Source: an uncultured candidate division Zixibacteria bacterium
GTDB lineage: Bacteria; Zixibacteria; MSB-5A5; GN15; FEB-12
Assembly (NCBI GenBank): GCA_963664195.1
Contig: OY760907.1
Location: 3,584,001 to 3,648,000, forward strand
Reading direction: 5' to 3'
DNA length: 64,000 bases
Positions 31,326 through 40,969 of this stretch are shown one piece after another. The notes under the pieces were generated by a model. That model was not told where the DNA came from. It did not search any database and saw only the letters and a list, made by a program, of their open reading frames with translations. The position numbers were made by a program, and so were the translations under genes. Every line of letters begins with the position of its first letter. The stretch's first letter is position 1.

Positions 31326-32612
31326 ATGGCTAAGACTCTCAAAGAAAAACTCGGGACTATTATTCCCAAACTCCGCGAAGAGCGTGTGAAGCTCATGAAG
31401 GGGTACGGGGACAAAAAGATTTCTGAGGTCACTGTCGCACAGGCCATCGGCGGCATGCGCGGCGTCAAAGGAATGGTGTGCGACACGTCAGTCGTGGAAC
31501 CGGACTCAGGATTGATCGTCCGCGGCACGCCTATTATGAAGCTGCGGAATCGCTGGCCGGAGGAAATCTTCTGGTGTCTGTGCGTCGGCAAGTTCCCCAC
31601 CAAGGATGAGCTCGCCCTGTTGCAGAAGGAGCTGAGGAAAGCCGGCAAGGTGCCGGATTACGTTTGGAAGGTCCTCAAGGCCATGCCGAAATCTTCGCAC
31701 CCGATGGCAATGCTTGACACAGCCATTCTCGCGATGGAAAACGAATCAGAATTCCGCAAGCAGTACAGCAAAGGTCTCAACAAGATGGACTACTGGAAAC
31801 CGACCCTGGACGACGCTATGCGTATCCTCGGCACGATCCACACCATTGCTGCTGGCGTCTACCGCATCAAGTATTTCAAGGGAAAACTGATCAACCCGTC
31901 GCCGAAACTCGACATGGGCGCCAACTACGCCAAGATGCTCGGCCTTCCGCCTGCCAAGGGTGAGACTGCCGAAATGGTCCGCCTCTACCTGACTCTCCAC
32001 TGCGACCACGAAGGCGGCAACGTCTCGGCCAACACCTGCCACACGGTAGGTTCAGCGCTTTCCGATCCGTTCTACTCGGTTTCCGCCGGTTTGAACGGTC
32101 TGGCCGGCCCGCTCCACGGTCTGGCTAACCAGGAATGCCTCGGTTGGATTCTGGACACCATGAAGAAGTTCAAGGGTGCCCCGACCGACAAGCAGATCGA
32201 AGACTACGCATGGGAAACGCTCAACAGCGGCAAGGTTATTCCGGGCTACGGCCACGCTGTCCTGCGCGTGACCGACCCGCGCTTCTCGGCCTTCAACGCT
32301 TTCGGCAAAAAGTATCTCAAGGACGATCCGGTCTTCCAGACTGTCGATCGCGTCTTCAAGATCGTACCGAAGGTCCTCAAGGCTCACGGCAAGGCCAAGA
32401 ACCCGTGGCCGAACGTTGACGCCGGTTCCGGCGCTCTGCTGTACCATTACGGTCTGACCCAGTTCGAATACTACACGGTGCTCTTCTCCGTGTCACGTTC
32501 GATGGGTATGCTGTCGCAGCAGGTTCTGAACCGCGCCCTCGGCACACCGATCACCCGTCCGAAATCTGTCAGCACCGACTGGCTGTACAAGGCGGTCAAG
32601 GCGAAAAAGTAA
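31326..32612 (+). CDS. gltA: Citrate (Si)-synthase, eukaryote/Geobacter type
   Basis: GGMRGVKG, DHEGGNVSA, GLAGPLHGLANQE, PGYGHAVLR, PWPNVDA; AAGGAG RBS. Confidence 0.93.
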   Translation: MAKTLKEKLGTIIPKLREERVKLMKGYGDKKISEVTVAQAIGGMRGVKGMVCDTSVVEPDSGLIVRGTPIMKLRNRWPEEIFWCLCVGKFPTKDELALLQKELRKAGKVPDYVWKVLKAMPKSSHPMAMLDTAILAMENESEFRKQYSKGLNKMDYWKPTLDDAMRILGTIHTIAAGVYRIKYFKGKLINPSPKLDMGANYAKMLGLPPAKGETAEMVRLYLTLHCDHEGGNVSANTCHTVGSALSDPFYSVSAGLNGLAGPLHGLANQECLGWILDTMKKFKGAPTDKQIEDYAWETLNSGKVIPGYGHAVLRVTDPRFSAFNAFGKKYLKDDPVFQTVDRVFKIVPKVLKAHGKAKNPWPNVDAGSGALLYHYGLTQFEYYTVLFSVSRSMGMLSQQVLNRALGTPITRPKSVSTDWLYKAVKAKK

Positions 32613-32634
32613 GACGGCTTACTTTGAACGGTAT

Positions 32635-32667
32635 GAGGCGTCCGCCATCCGGCGGGCGCCTTTTTTT
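32635..32667 (+). terminator. Intrinsic terminator after gltA
   Basis: GAGGCGTCCGCC-ATCC-GGCGGGCGCC followed by T7. Confidence 0.9.
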
Positions 32668-33029
32668 GTGCAGATGCACGCAATCGCAAGATAATAATTG
32701 ACAATCACCCCTCTTATACGTTATGTGTGTGTATCGAAGGGGATATTCACTCTGGGGGAATCTGATAGTCTGCCGGTATTCAGGTTCACGTTTTCTGTAT
32801 TTTGACGGATAGTCGGCTCTCGTCGTTTGATTACGGAAATCCCAACACCGCACGCTAATGGCACTACAGAACCATAAACGACGGAGGGACTATCTTCTAC
32901 CTATCAAGTGAAGCGTCAGCTAGCGATATTGTTGCTGGCAGGCGCAATGATCGCAACTGCGCACGAGGCAACGGGTCAAGTGACCAACGACCTCTCGCGG
33001 GCCGAATCGCAAGCGTATCGGATCGTTTT

Positions 33030-33057
33030 GTGGGCGGCAGACGCCCTCGTCTGCCCC
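33030..33057 (+). repeat. REP, left copy GTGG-GCGGCAGACG-CCCT-CGTCTGCCCC
   Basis: GTGG tetranucleotide followed by a hairpin. Confidence 0.9.
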
Positions 33058-33076
33058 GGTTAGAAGGACGCAAAAC

Positions 33077-33592
33077 ATGGTAGTAAGAAAGAGACTAGAC
33101 ATAACCGGCCCCACACTCGTCTTCATAACCACCACTGTGTTTGATTGGCAACCCGTGCTAACTCAAAGGACCGTCGCCGATATCATCATCGAAGAGCTTC
33201 GCAAAACGCAATGTCTGTTTGAGATGTCGATTGTGAGCTACGTAGTCATGCCGAGTCATCTTTATCTGTTATTGGGGTTTCAAGAAGTCGGATGCCTGTC
33301 TCAGTGTATCCAGAGTTTCAAGAGCATCACGTCAAGGCGGATCAAAGACTCGACTCTCCAGAAGTTGGCGTCAAATGGCTACCGGCTATGGAAGCCTCGG
33401 TTCGATGATCTGGTTGTCCATTCGGAGAGGCAGTTGAAAATCAAGATGGAATACATCCATAACAATCCGGTCAGAGCAGGACTGGTGGAGCGAGCCGAGG
33501 ATTGGCTGTACTCGAGTGCAATTGACTGGCTGTCTTCGAAGCATGGGATGCTTGAGATTGACAAGGAGTTCGGGTGGTTGGCGAAACGATAG
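33077..33592 (+). CDS. REP-associated tyrosine transposase (RAYT/TnpAREP); HUH motif altered to HLY
   Basis: FITTT, YVVMPSHLY, FKSITSR, LWKPRFDD, YIHNNPVRAGLV, W.YSS. Confidence 0.9.
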   Translation: MVVRKRLDITGPTLVFITTTVFDWQPVLTQRTVADIIIEELRKTQCLFEMSIVSYVVMPSHLYLLLGFQEVGCLSQCIQSFKSITSRRIKDSTLQKLASNGYRLWKPRFDDLVVHSERQLKIKMEYIHNNPVRAGLVERAEDWLYSSAIDWLSSKHGMLEIDKEFGWLAKR

Positions 33593-33597
33593 GTGAA

Positions 33598-33625
33598 GGG
33601 GCAGACGAGGGCGTCTGCCGCCCAC
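33598..33625 (-). repeat. REP, right copy (exact reverse complement of left)
   Basis: GGGGCAGACGAGGGCGTCTGCCGCCCAC. Confidence 0.9.
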
Positions 33626-34004
33626 GGAATCTGACCCAACGCTGGCACCGGAACTCGTAATTCGCCCCGCCTTCTTCAGGAATTTCGATACAGAGGAATT
33701 GTCTCCTATCTGGGTCGTTGATCTCTTCGGGCTCGAGGGGAGCATTGGCTCCTCGGGACACACCCACCTTCGGCGTGAGTTTTGGACTCACCAGCAATGC
33801 ACTGTCGATTATAACACCGGCGGGTGCAGATCCTGCAGTATGCCACCCGTATCAAGATGGGATGATCCCCCTGAAGAGGACGAAACATGGGTCAATCCTC
33901 GTGGTCGCATACACATGCGCTCGAAGGACAGCGATCCGAAGTAAGGCATCCCGCCCGGGGTCGGCTACACGCTGGCTCCGGGATATCCTAACTGATCTCC
34001 CCCC

Positions 34005-34580
34005 CTAATTCCGCACGTACTTCGTTTTGACCGCTTTGGCCTCGGTGCCGTCAGGCATCACGTTGTACGCCGTGATCGTCAGATGATTCGTGTCGATCAA
34101 CTCGAATACCGTCCTCCAACCCCAATTCGGTTGACCCGCACCAACCGCGTACTCGCCGAATACAGAAAAGCCGGATTCGGTAGGCTCACCCACGGAGAAC
34201 AATATCCCGTCGCTCATGTGGAAGTCGTCGAACCACGAAATCTCAAACTTCTCCTTCACAGAGTTGAACGCGATCGTCTCCTCCCCCGTGCGCGGTTTCC
34301 CCTGAAGTTCACCCTCGTACGTGTGCCGGAGCACCCGTCCGCCGAGAATGAGCTGGAACTCGCCCGTCATGTTCGATTCGTCGGCCAGTTCACCGGGTCG
34401 AAACCAGGTGCGGCAGGTGCCTTCCCATGAACCGACGAGAGATTCCAGAAACGTCTGCGGTCTAACTGTCATGTCTTGTCCCTTTTCAGTCTGATCGTCC
34501 GTCGCGTCTTGTCCGAAGGCCGCTATCGCCATTACGAAAAACGCGCACAACGCCAGGGCGAGTGGTTTACAAACGTTCAC
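34005..34580 (-). CDS. DUF1579-like secreted beta-barrel protein
   Basis: Signal peptide; LVGSWEGTCRTWF, SWFDDFHM, WGWRT, ITAYNV.PDG.EAKAV. Confidence 0.75.
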   Translation of the reverse strand: MNVCKPLALALCAFFVMAIAAFGQDATDDQTEKGQDMTVRPQTFLESLVGSWEGTCRTWFRPGELADESNMTGEFQLILGGRVLRHTYEGELQGKPRTGEETIAFNSVKEKFEISWFDDFHMSDGILFSVGEPTESGFSVFGEYAVGAGQPNWGWRTVFELIDTNHLTITAYNVMPDGTEAKAVKTKYVRN

Positions 34581-34798
34581 AATACGACATACCCTGCTCT
34601 AAGAGGAGTGCATACTTTGCTATTGCATATCTAACTGAACGTTTCTCTTTCCGCAAGTGCTCATCCTCCCCTTGACTCTCTCACGGCCGTATGATATCGT
34701 ACGCTTTCCGCCGGTTCCAGAAGACCGGGTGTCTTCAGAGTCGGCCTGTATTAAGTGAACGGTGCAACTTCGCGATAGATGCAAGGAGTCTGGTCGTT

Positions 34799-36220
34799 AT
34801 GATCACTACGAAGAACCTCAGTGACAGACTGATTGAAGCTGAATACGCGGTGCGCGGACCTATCGTTATTCGTGCGCAGGAATTAGAGGCCGAAGGCAAG
34901 AAAATCACCTATTGCAACATAGGTAACCCGCAAGCCCTCAAACAGAGACCGCTGACCTACGTGCGGCAAGTGCTGTCTCTGGTAGAATACCCGGCGCTGA
35001 TGGATAACCCGGCCGCAATCAAGGACATCCCCAAAGATGTAGTCGAACGGGCTAAGTCTATTCTTGCGAGGCATTCGTTCGGCACCGGTGCCTACACGCA
35101 GAGTGCGGGGATTCCGTTCATTCGCAAAGCAGTCGCTGATTTCATTGCCAAACGCGACGGCATCCCGGCCAAAGCGACGCACAACATCCTCACCGATGGA
35201 GCTTCCAAAGGCGTACAGGCGGTCCTCAGCGCCTTGATTAAGGGCGACAACGCCGGCCTGATGATACCGATTCCGCAGTATCCTCTTTACAGCGCCACTC
35301 TGACGCTACTCGGCGGCAAGGCGATTGGCTATCATCTGAATGAAGACAAGCAGTGGCAACTGGATGAAGACTTGCTCACCAAAAGTCTGACCTCGGCCAA
35401 GGATGCGAGCGTCAATCCGATTGGTATCGTCGTGATCAATCCGGGCAATCCGACCGGCGCGGTGCTCTCGCATGACAACGTCAAGATGATCATCGGATTC
35501 GCCAAACGACACAACCTGGTGGTCATCGCCGACGAGGTTTATCAGGAAAACGTCTACACCACCGGCTGCGAGTTCCATTCATTCGCGAAGGTCATGCACG
35601 AACTCGGCGAAACCGAGGTCACCCTGTTCAGTATGCACTCGGTATCCAAGGGATTCCTCGGAGAGTGCGGACATAGGGGCGGATATCTGGAACTTCGCAA
35701 CGTCCCGGATGACGTGCTCGCGCAGTTTGTCAAACTCCAGTCTATCAGCCTTTGCGCCAACGTGCCAGGACAACTCACCACCTATCTCATGATGACCCCG
35801 CCCGAACCCGGCGATGAAAGCTACGATACCTACATCGCAGAGAAGAACGGCATATTGAACGATCTTAAGACCAAGGCTGAGATTCTGGGCAAGGGCGTAA
35901 ACAAGATCGACGGCATGTTCTCGGACATTCCGCAGGGGGCGATGTATGCTTTCGTGCGATTCGAGTTGCCGATACCGCCAAGTGTTGATACAAAGAGCAT
36001 GACGACCGAAGAACGGCTGGCCTGGGACAAAGAACGTGACAGCAGATACTGCATGGCGCTTCTGGAAGAGACAGGAATCTGCGTGGTGCCGGGATCAGGA
36101 TTTGGACAGTTGCCGGGGACGCTGCATTTCCGGACGACCTTCCTTCCGCCGCGAGATGAGATCGAGGATCTCGTCGTGAAACTCAAGGAGTTCCACGAGG
36201 CATACGTAGCCCGTATGTAG
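34799..36220 (+). CDS. Alanine aminotransferase, eukaryote-like GPT type
   Basis: EYAVRG, CNIGNPQ, IPIPQYPLYSA, INPGNPTG, DEVYQENVY, SKGFLGECGHRGGY, VPGSGFGQ..GTLHFRTTFLP; AAGGAG RBS. Confidence 0.9.
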   Translation: MITTKNLSDRLIEAEYAVRGPIVIRAQELEAEGKKITYCNIGNPQALKQRPLTYVRQVLSLVEYPALMDNPAAIKDIPKDVVERAKSILARHSFGTGAYTQSAGIPFIRKAVADFIAKRDGIPAKATHNILTDGASKGVQAVLSALIKGDNAGLMIPIPQYPLYSATLTLLGGKAIGYHLNEDKQWQLDEDLLTKSLTSAKDASVNPIGIVVINPGNPTGAVLSHDNVKMIIGFAKRHNLVVIADEVYQENVYTTGCEFHSFAKVMHELGETEVTLFSMHSVSKGFLGECGHRGGYLELRNVPDDVLAQFVKLQSISLCANVPGQLTTYLMMTPPEPGDESYDTYIAEKNGILNDLKTKAEILGKGVNKIDGMFSDIPQGAMYAFVRFELPIPPSVDTKSMTTEERLAWDKERDSRYCMALLEETGICVVPGSGFGQLPGTLHFRTTFLPPRDEIEDLVVKLKEFHEAYVARM

Positions 36221-36282
36221 GAAGGGGTTCCACCGCAAGTCTCTGATCCTCCGTAAGAGGGAAGTGGGCTACAAGATCGATT

Positions 36283-36317
36283 GTCCCCGGAGTCGGCCAT
36301 GCGCCGGCTCCGGGGAC
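36283..36317. terminator. GC-rich 15-bp hairpin between convergent genes
   Basis: GTCCCCGGAGTCGGC/GCCGGCTCCGGGGAC; no U-tract. Confidence 0.5.
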
Positions 36318-36325
36318 TGCCTGTC

Positions 36326-36769
36326 TCACTCATCCCTCAGGAATCGTTTTACAAACCGGTAGCTGAATTTCACCGCGCGGCACGAAATAGGTTCACAGAT
36401 ATGTGGCGGGTTGTCCTCTTTGAATCCTTCCGGACGAAGAACGCTGCATGTCATGCTCCCGAACTCCCGCTCAAACTCGGTTGCGTACCGATCACACGCC
36501 GCCACGATTTCATCGTCGGCAATCCCCCGCACACGACCGATCATGCCGAGGAACATCAACCCGCCCTCAGCCAACCCGCACTGCGCACCGTGTTGTCCGG
36601 CACCGTTCAGGCCGAGAGTGGAATCAAGTGTTTGCGGGGAAACCTCCAGATCGAAGCACTCCCCGAGTATCTTGATGGTAGTCGTGGCACAGTTGATTTC
36701 GAGATCACGGAAGTAATGCCGCACGAGTTGGTCGATTCTGGCGTCTTGGTTGGTGCTGATGTCTGTCAT
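36326..36769 (-). CDS. C-GCAxxG-C-C family putative redox protein
   Basis: NCAT...QCGLAEGG...FGSMTC...C pattern; start ATG 36769. Confidence 0.8.
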   Translation of the reverse strand: MTDISTNQDARIDQLVRHYFRDLEINCATTTIKILGECFDLEVSPQTLDSTLGLNGAGQHGAQCGLAEGGLMFLGMIGRVRGIADDEIVAACDRYATEFEREFGSMTCSVLRPEGFKEDNPPHICEPISCRAVKFSYRFVKRFLRDE

Positions 36770-36825
36770 AGACGATCCTGAGTTGGGAGTTAAGAGGCGG
36801 TTTTCTATCGTGGCCGATCTCCTTC

Positions 36826-36922
36826 GTAGCGCAGGTCTGTCCTCAGACCTGCGAGGCCACGACCGGCTGGAACGGGGTTCGCAGGTCTCGAGACAACCAT
36901 TCATGGTGTTGACCTGCGCGAC
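36826..36922. repeat. Second-class REP pair (REPIN-like)
   Basis: GTAG-CGCAGGTCTG-TCCT-CAGACCTGCG and an inverted degenerate copy ending GACCTGCGCGAC. Confidence 0.6.
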
Positions 36923-36954
36923 AAGATGTCTGGCAAGAACCACTTGAATACGAG

Positions 36955-38979
36955 CTACGCCGCAGGTAACGTGATGACAAACCGCGTACCGCCGTCGTGC
37001 TTCGAGTCCAATTCAATGTCACCGCCGAAACCGGAGACGATCCGCTGCACGGTCGGCAAGCCGAGTCCTGTGCCTCCGGTTTTGGTCGTGTGGTACGGAG
37101 CAAACACCTTCTCTCTGGCCTCCGTCGGTATCCCCGGACCGCTGTCGGTTACAAGTATCTTCACCTCGTTATCGGTCCGGTTGGCTTCGATCGCGAATGT
37201 TCCAGCCTTGCCGTCAAGCGCCTCTTTCGAGTTATTGAACAGATTCAGAAAGACTTGCTTAAAACCGTCAGAGTCAGCATTTACGATCAGACCCCGCTCA
37301 CAACTGACGGTCACTTCGATACCCTGACGGTCTCCCTCAATACGCAGCAACTGCCCGATCTCTGCCAGCAGCCTGTCAACGTCAACAGCGATGCGTTGCT
37401 TGTTGCCTTCGCGGGCGAGCGCAAGAAATCGCGTAATGATATCATTCAGACGTGAAGTTTCACTTCGGATTTGGCCCGTAATCTGTTGATAATGCTCGAC
37501 ATGCTCTTGCGGCACGAACTCTCCAGCCAGACGTTGTGCAGCTATGGCAATCGTGTTCAGCGGGTTGCGGATTTCGTGCGCTACCCCTGCAGCCAGATTC
37601 CCCATCTCTGAAAGTCGCTCCCTTCGCGCCGAGGACCGTTCGTATTCCTTGAGACGGGTGATGTCGTAGACCACCATGACCACGGCCCCCTGCAAACCCG
37701 ATTCATCTGTCAGTTTCGACCGCGCGATCAGAATCGTCCGGCGCTCACCGGCAACGGAGAAGCTAATCTCCTTCTCGTCGGCACGGGCAGTCCTATCGAC
37801 AAACTCACTTAACAGACCAGCGTGATCGTTCATCGTCTGAGACCACTGTCGGCCGGTGATACCTGTCACCGCAAACGCGTCTTCAAAGGCTCGATTCGCC
37901 ATGCGAATGGTGCCGTCGTCGTCAATTGCCGCCACACCGGTATCCATCTGTGTGAAAATGCGATCGGTAAGAGACTTGATGTCGGAATACTTCCGGCTGA
38001 GCGCCTGGCGTTTCCGTCTCATGTTCAGATAGAGCAGCACTACCAGTAAGAGGACAAAAAGCGTCCCGGAAACGATGATGATCTGCTGGTCGAACCCCCT
38101 GCTGACCGAATAATACCCGTTGAGCGACAGCCCCACGCGGAACAAACCGTAGGGGTACATATCCGTGGAAAAGGGTCGAACCAGCTCCAGCACGTTCTCC
38201 CCCTGGAAGTCCAGCTCACGGCTCACGATTGAATCACTCTCCAGCGCGTCTTTGAGAAACGGATCGGATTCGATAGCCAGCAGTTCACCCGGTTTGCGGG
38301 AGGCGAATATGATTCCGTCGGTCGCTTGATAGATGATATATTCGACTCCCTGCTCACGGGCCATGTTCTGTGCGAGGAAACCGATCCCGGTCTCCGTGAC
38401 GGCGCGAGAGTAGTACTGGGCATCGATTGCCAGCACAATGACAATATCCTGCCGGTCGGTCAGCTCCAGGTAGTAGTGAACCGCCTCTCCCTGAGTCTCC
38501 CCTTCCTCCAGCAACAAAACATAGTTGGATTCTGGATCGGCGAGTAGACCGGCGACTTCATCGACGACAAAGTCCGGCAGAGGCTCGTAGGGGCCTCGCG
38601 CGACCACCCCCATATCAAGCGTGGAATCCGCGTCGTAGACATAGACTCCGAGCACATCGTGATTGAGCGCAAAGGACGCCAGTTGGTGCTCAGAAATCCT
38701 GCTGATATTCCAGTTAACCAGCGAGGTAACAAGATCACTGTATCTGGCCTGGACGAGATTGTCATAGAAGGCTTCAGCGGTGATTGCGTTTTGAGAGGCC
38801 TGCGCCAGCGCTTCGGTGAAGGCAGCGCCCTGCTCTCTCAGAAGAAGAAAACTGTCTGACCGGCTCTCTCTGATCGAGAACCATGCAATAAGAAACACGG
38901 CGACCGCGAAAGAAACCGCCATAATCGACAGCAGGCGATGATCGAATCCGGTGGGACGATCGTTGGCACTTCTGAACAT
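36955..38979 (-). CDS. Membrane sensor histidine kinase with PAS domain (NtrB/ZraS-like)
   Basis: Two TM helices; AHEIRNPL, NLFNNS, DSGPG, GTGLGL. Confidence 0.92.
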   Translation of the reverse strand: MFRSANDRPTGFDHRLLSIMAVSFAVAVFLIAWFSIRESRSDSFLLLREQGAAFTEALAQASQNAITAEAFYDNLVQARYSDLVTSLVNWNISRISEHQLASFALNHDVLGVYVYDADSTLDMGVVARGPYEPLPDFVVDEVAGLLADPESNYVLLLEEGETQGEAVHYYLELTDRQDIVIVLAIDAQYYSRAVTETGIGFLAQNMAREQGVEYIIYQATDGIIFASRKPGELLAIESDPFLKDALESDSIVSRELDFQGENVLELVRPFSTDMYPYGLFRVGLSLNGYYSVSRGFDQQIIIVSGTLFVLLLVVLLYLNMRRKRQALSRKYSDIKSLTDRIFTQMDTGVAAIDDDGTIRMANRAFEDAFAVTGITGRQWSQTMNDHAGLLSEFVDRTARADEKEISFSVAGERRTILIARSKLTDESGLQGAVVMVVYDITRLKEYERSSARRERLSEMGNLAAGVAHEIRNPLNTIAIAAQRLAGEFVPQEHVEHYQQITGQIRSETSRLNDIITRFLALAREGNKQRIAVDVDRLLAEIGQLLRIEGDRQGIEVTVSCERGLIVNADSDGFKQVFLNLFNNSKEALDGKAGTFAIEANRTDNEVKILVTDSGPGIPTEAREKVFAPYHTTKTGGTGLGLPTVQRIVSGFGGDIELDSKHDGGTRFVITLPAA

Positions 38980-39025
38980 GCGGTCAAGCTACCCGTGACA
39001 GAACTCTTCGGCAACAAAAAACGGG

Positions 39026-40969
39026 TCAGGCTACCGTCCCGGCCGGCTTCGGAATCTCACCGGTGGTTGCGGCCACGCCGTTTCGTCTGACCGGCAGGCG
39101 AATGCTGAACACCGCGCCGTTGTCATTGCGGTAAGAGATCGTGCCGCCGTGGTTAGCAACAATCTTGCGACAGGTGATCAGTCCGATACCGTGACCCTTC
39201 TTCTTGGTCGTGAATCGCTCTTCAAAGAGACGGTTCTCGCGGTCAGCAGGTACGCCCGGACCGTTGTCACGGACATCCACCTGAACATACTCGGTATCAT
39301 GAACTGTCACGGCAGACGTTGCCACAGTGATCCTCTTCTCCCCCTCCTGCTCCAGAAGGACCTCCGAGGCGTTGTAGATCAGGTTGACGAGAAGTTGCTG
39401 CAATTGTCCCTGGTCAACCTCAAGCACGGGAACTTCGGGAGTGAGATCTTCAAATATCTGAACAATATCGAACCTGTTCTGCGGCTTGATGAAAGCGATG
39501 ATGTTTTCCACCAGCTGATTGGGCGAGGTCAACTCAAACTTGGCATCGCCATGAGACCTGTCCATCAGCCCGTTGGCGAACCGGGCAACCTGATCCACGG
39601 TGGTCTTCATGATATCCAACTTCTTGTCAATGCGCTCAGTTTTGCCTTTCTCGAGCAGCATGGGCAACAGTTCCAGATTGCCCATCAGTACCGCAAGGTA
39701 GTTGTTTATCTCGTGCGCGATTTCCCCGGCCATCTCGCCGCGAGTATAGTATCGGTCAAGCCTGATCATCATGTCCTGGAAGTTCTTACTCTCGGAGATA
39801 TCTCGAATGATGTACAGGGTCGCAGCAGGTTCGTCTCCCTGCGAGAAGACCGGCGACGACACAATGTACGCGGGGAAACTCTCATCATCTTTGCGGATGC
39901 ATCTTGCCTCACGGTCGGATCGTCCGCTTGAGTCCTTGTCTCTATTATCGGCACGGTGCGGTGGTTCGGCAAACAGCCTGTCCACTGGCTGACCCACCGT
40001 CTCCTCGCTCGAGTAACCGAAAACTTCACTGGCCGCCTGATTGAAAATCAGGATTCTGCCGGCAGCGTTTACTACGATGATGCTGAACGGCGAGTTGTCG
40101 ATTAGCGTCGCCAGGAATAGCTGTGACTCGATAATCGACAAACTGGACTTCTTCAGCTTGGTATTGTACTTCTTGAGTTGCTTCTGGTTATCCCAGAGTT
40201 TGCGAGTCATTGTGTTGAACGCGTTGGCCAGACGTCTGAATTCGGAATCGCCCTCCGGTTCGATCAGGTAATACAGCTCCCCTTCCGAGGTCCGTTCCAA
40301 GCCCCGGATAAGCTTGTCCAACGGCTGACGGAAACGCTTTGACATCAGGTACACCGTCAGCAGCGAATTCAGCGCGGCAAACAAGAAAAGGATTAGCAGA
40401 GCATATTGGAGGCGGGATCTTGTCGACATCACCAACCCGTGATCGGCAGACGCCACCATAACAGCAGCCTGACCGTCGTGCTCGTATTCCAGGCGGGTGT
40501 AGATTACGGAAACGGGTATTTCCGGCGAGGCATGAATCTGATCACCGGCTTTGCGTCCGAGCATGAACCGAATGATGGTTGTGTCTACGTACTCGATCAG
40601 GGCTTCGCCCGAGTTATTCTCGCCGTGACCGCCATGGGAATTGGAATGATAGAAAAGCAGGCCGGGGCCGACACCCTCGCCCGCGAGATATACCGCAGCC
40701 TCGTCGATACCGGGCTCGGTACCTATCAGTGAATTGAACTCTTCCTCACGCGCGCTGGAATCAGTGTCGCGGTCTGACGCCTCCAATGCACGCGAGACCA
40801 ACTGTGCGGTTTGCTGGACATGCTCGCGGACAGAGCATGTTCGCATGCGATGCTCTCGATCCTGACCGGGGAAAAACAGGATGAGTATGAGAGCAGCAAA
40901 AATGAACAGTACCTGGAAGATGATTAGATTGCTGAGTCGTACGAATATACCGGGTCTGTCAGTGAACAA
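39026..40969 (-). CDS. Membrane HAMP-PAS sensor histidine kinase
   Basis: Two TM helices; HAMP (EFRRLANAFN), PAS, AHEINN, DNGPG, GHGIGL. Confidence 0.92.
   Translation of the reverse strand: MFTDRPGIFVRLSNLIIFQVLFIFAALILILFFPGQDREHRMRTCSVREHVQQTAQLVSRALEASDRDTDSSAREEEFNSLIGTEPGIDEAAVYLAGEGVGPGLLFYHSNSHGGHGENNSGEALIEYVDTTIIRFMLGRKAGDQIHASPEIPVSVIYTRLEYEHDGQAAVMVASADHGLVMSTRSRLQYALLILFLFAALNSLLTVYLMSKRFRQPLDKLIRGLERTSEGELYYLIEPEGDSEFRRLANAFNTMTRKLWDNQKQLKKYNTKLKKSSLSIIESQLFLATLIDNSPFSIIVVNAAGRILIFNQAASEVFGYSSEETVGQPVDRLFAEPPHRADNRDKDSSGRSDREARCIRKDDESFPAYIVSSPVFSQGDEPAATLYIIRDISESKNFQDMMIRLDRYYTRGEMAGEIAHEINNYLAVLMGNLELLPMLLEKGKTERIDKKLDIMKTTVDQVARFANGLMDRSHGDAKFELTSPNQLVENIIAFIKPQNRFDIVQIFEDLTPEVPVLEVDQGQLQQLLVNLIYNASEVLLEQEGEKRITVATSAVTVHDTEYVQVDVRDNGPGVPADRENRLFEERFTTKKKGHGIGLITCRKIVANHGGTISYRNDNGAVFSIRLPVRRNGVAATTGEIPKPAGTVA

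Larger units (their letters stand above)
33030..33625. mobile_element. REP-bounded RAYT element (596 bp)
   Basis: Perfect 28-bp inverted terminal palindromes enclosing a Y1 transposase gene. Confidence 0.85.
32908..33944 (+). pseudogene. Small secreted-protein gene interrupted by the RAYT element (32908-33029 joined to 33626-33944, about 146 aa)
   Basis: Signal peptide MKRQLAILLLAGAMIATAHEA; removing 33030-33625 gives in-frame ...YRIVL-ESDPTLAPELVIRP... Confidence 0.6.

Noticed and set aside
32807..32895. Integron attC site or retron msr/msd
   Set aside because: No RYYYAAC/GTTRRRY boundaries seen, and no integrase or reverse transcriptase in the window.
33030..33625. Terminal inverted repeats of a DDE insertion sequence
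   Set aside because: The enzyme is an HUH Y1 type, the ends are self-palindromic REPs and no target duplication is present.
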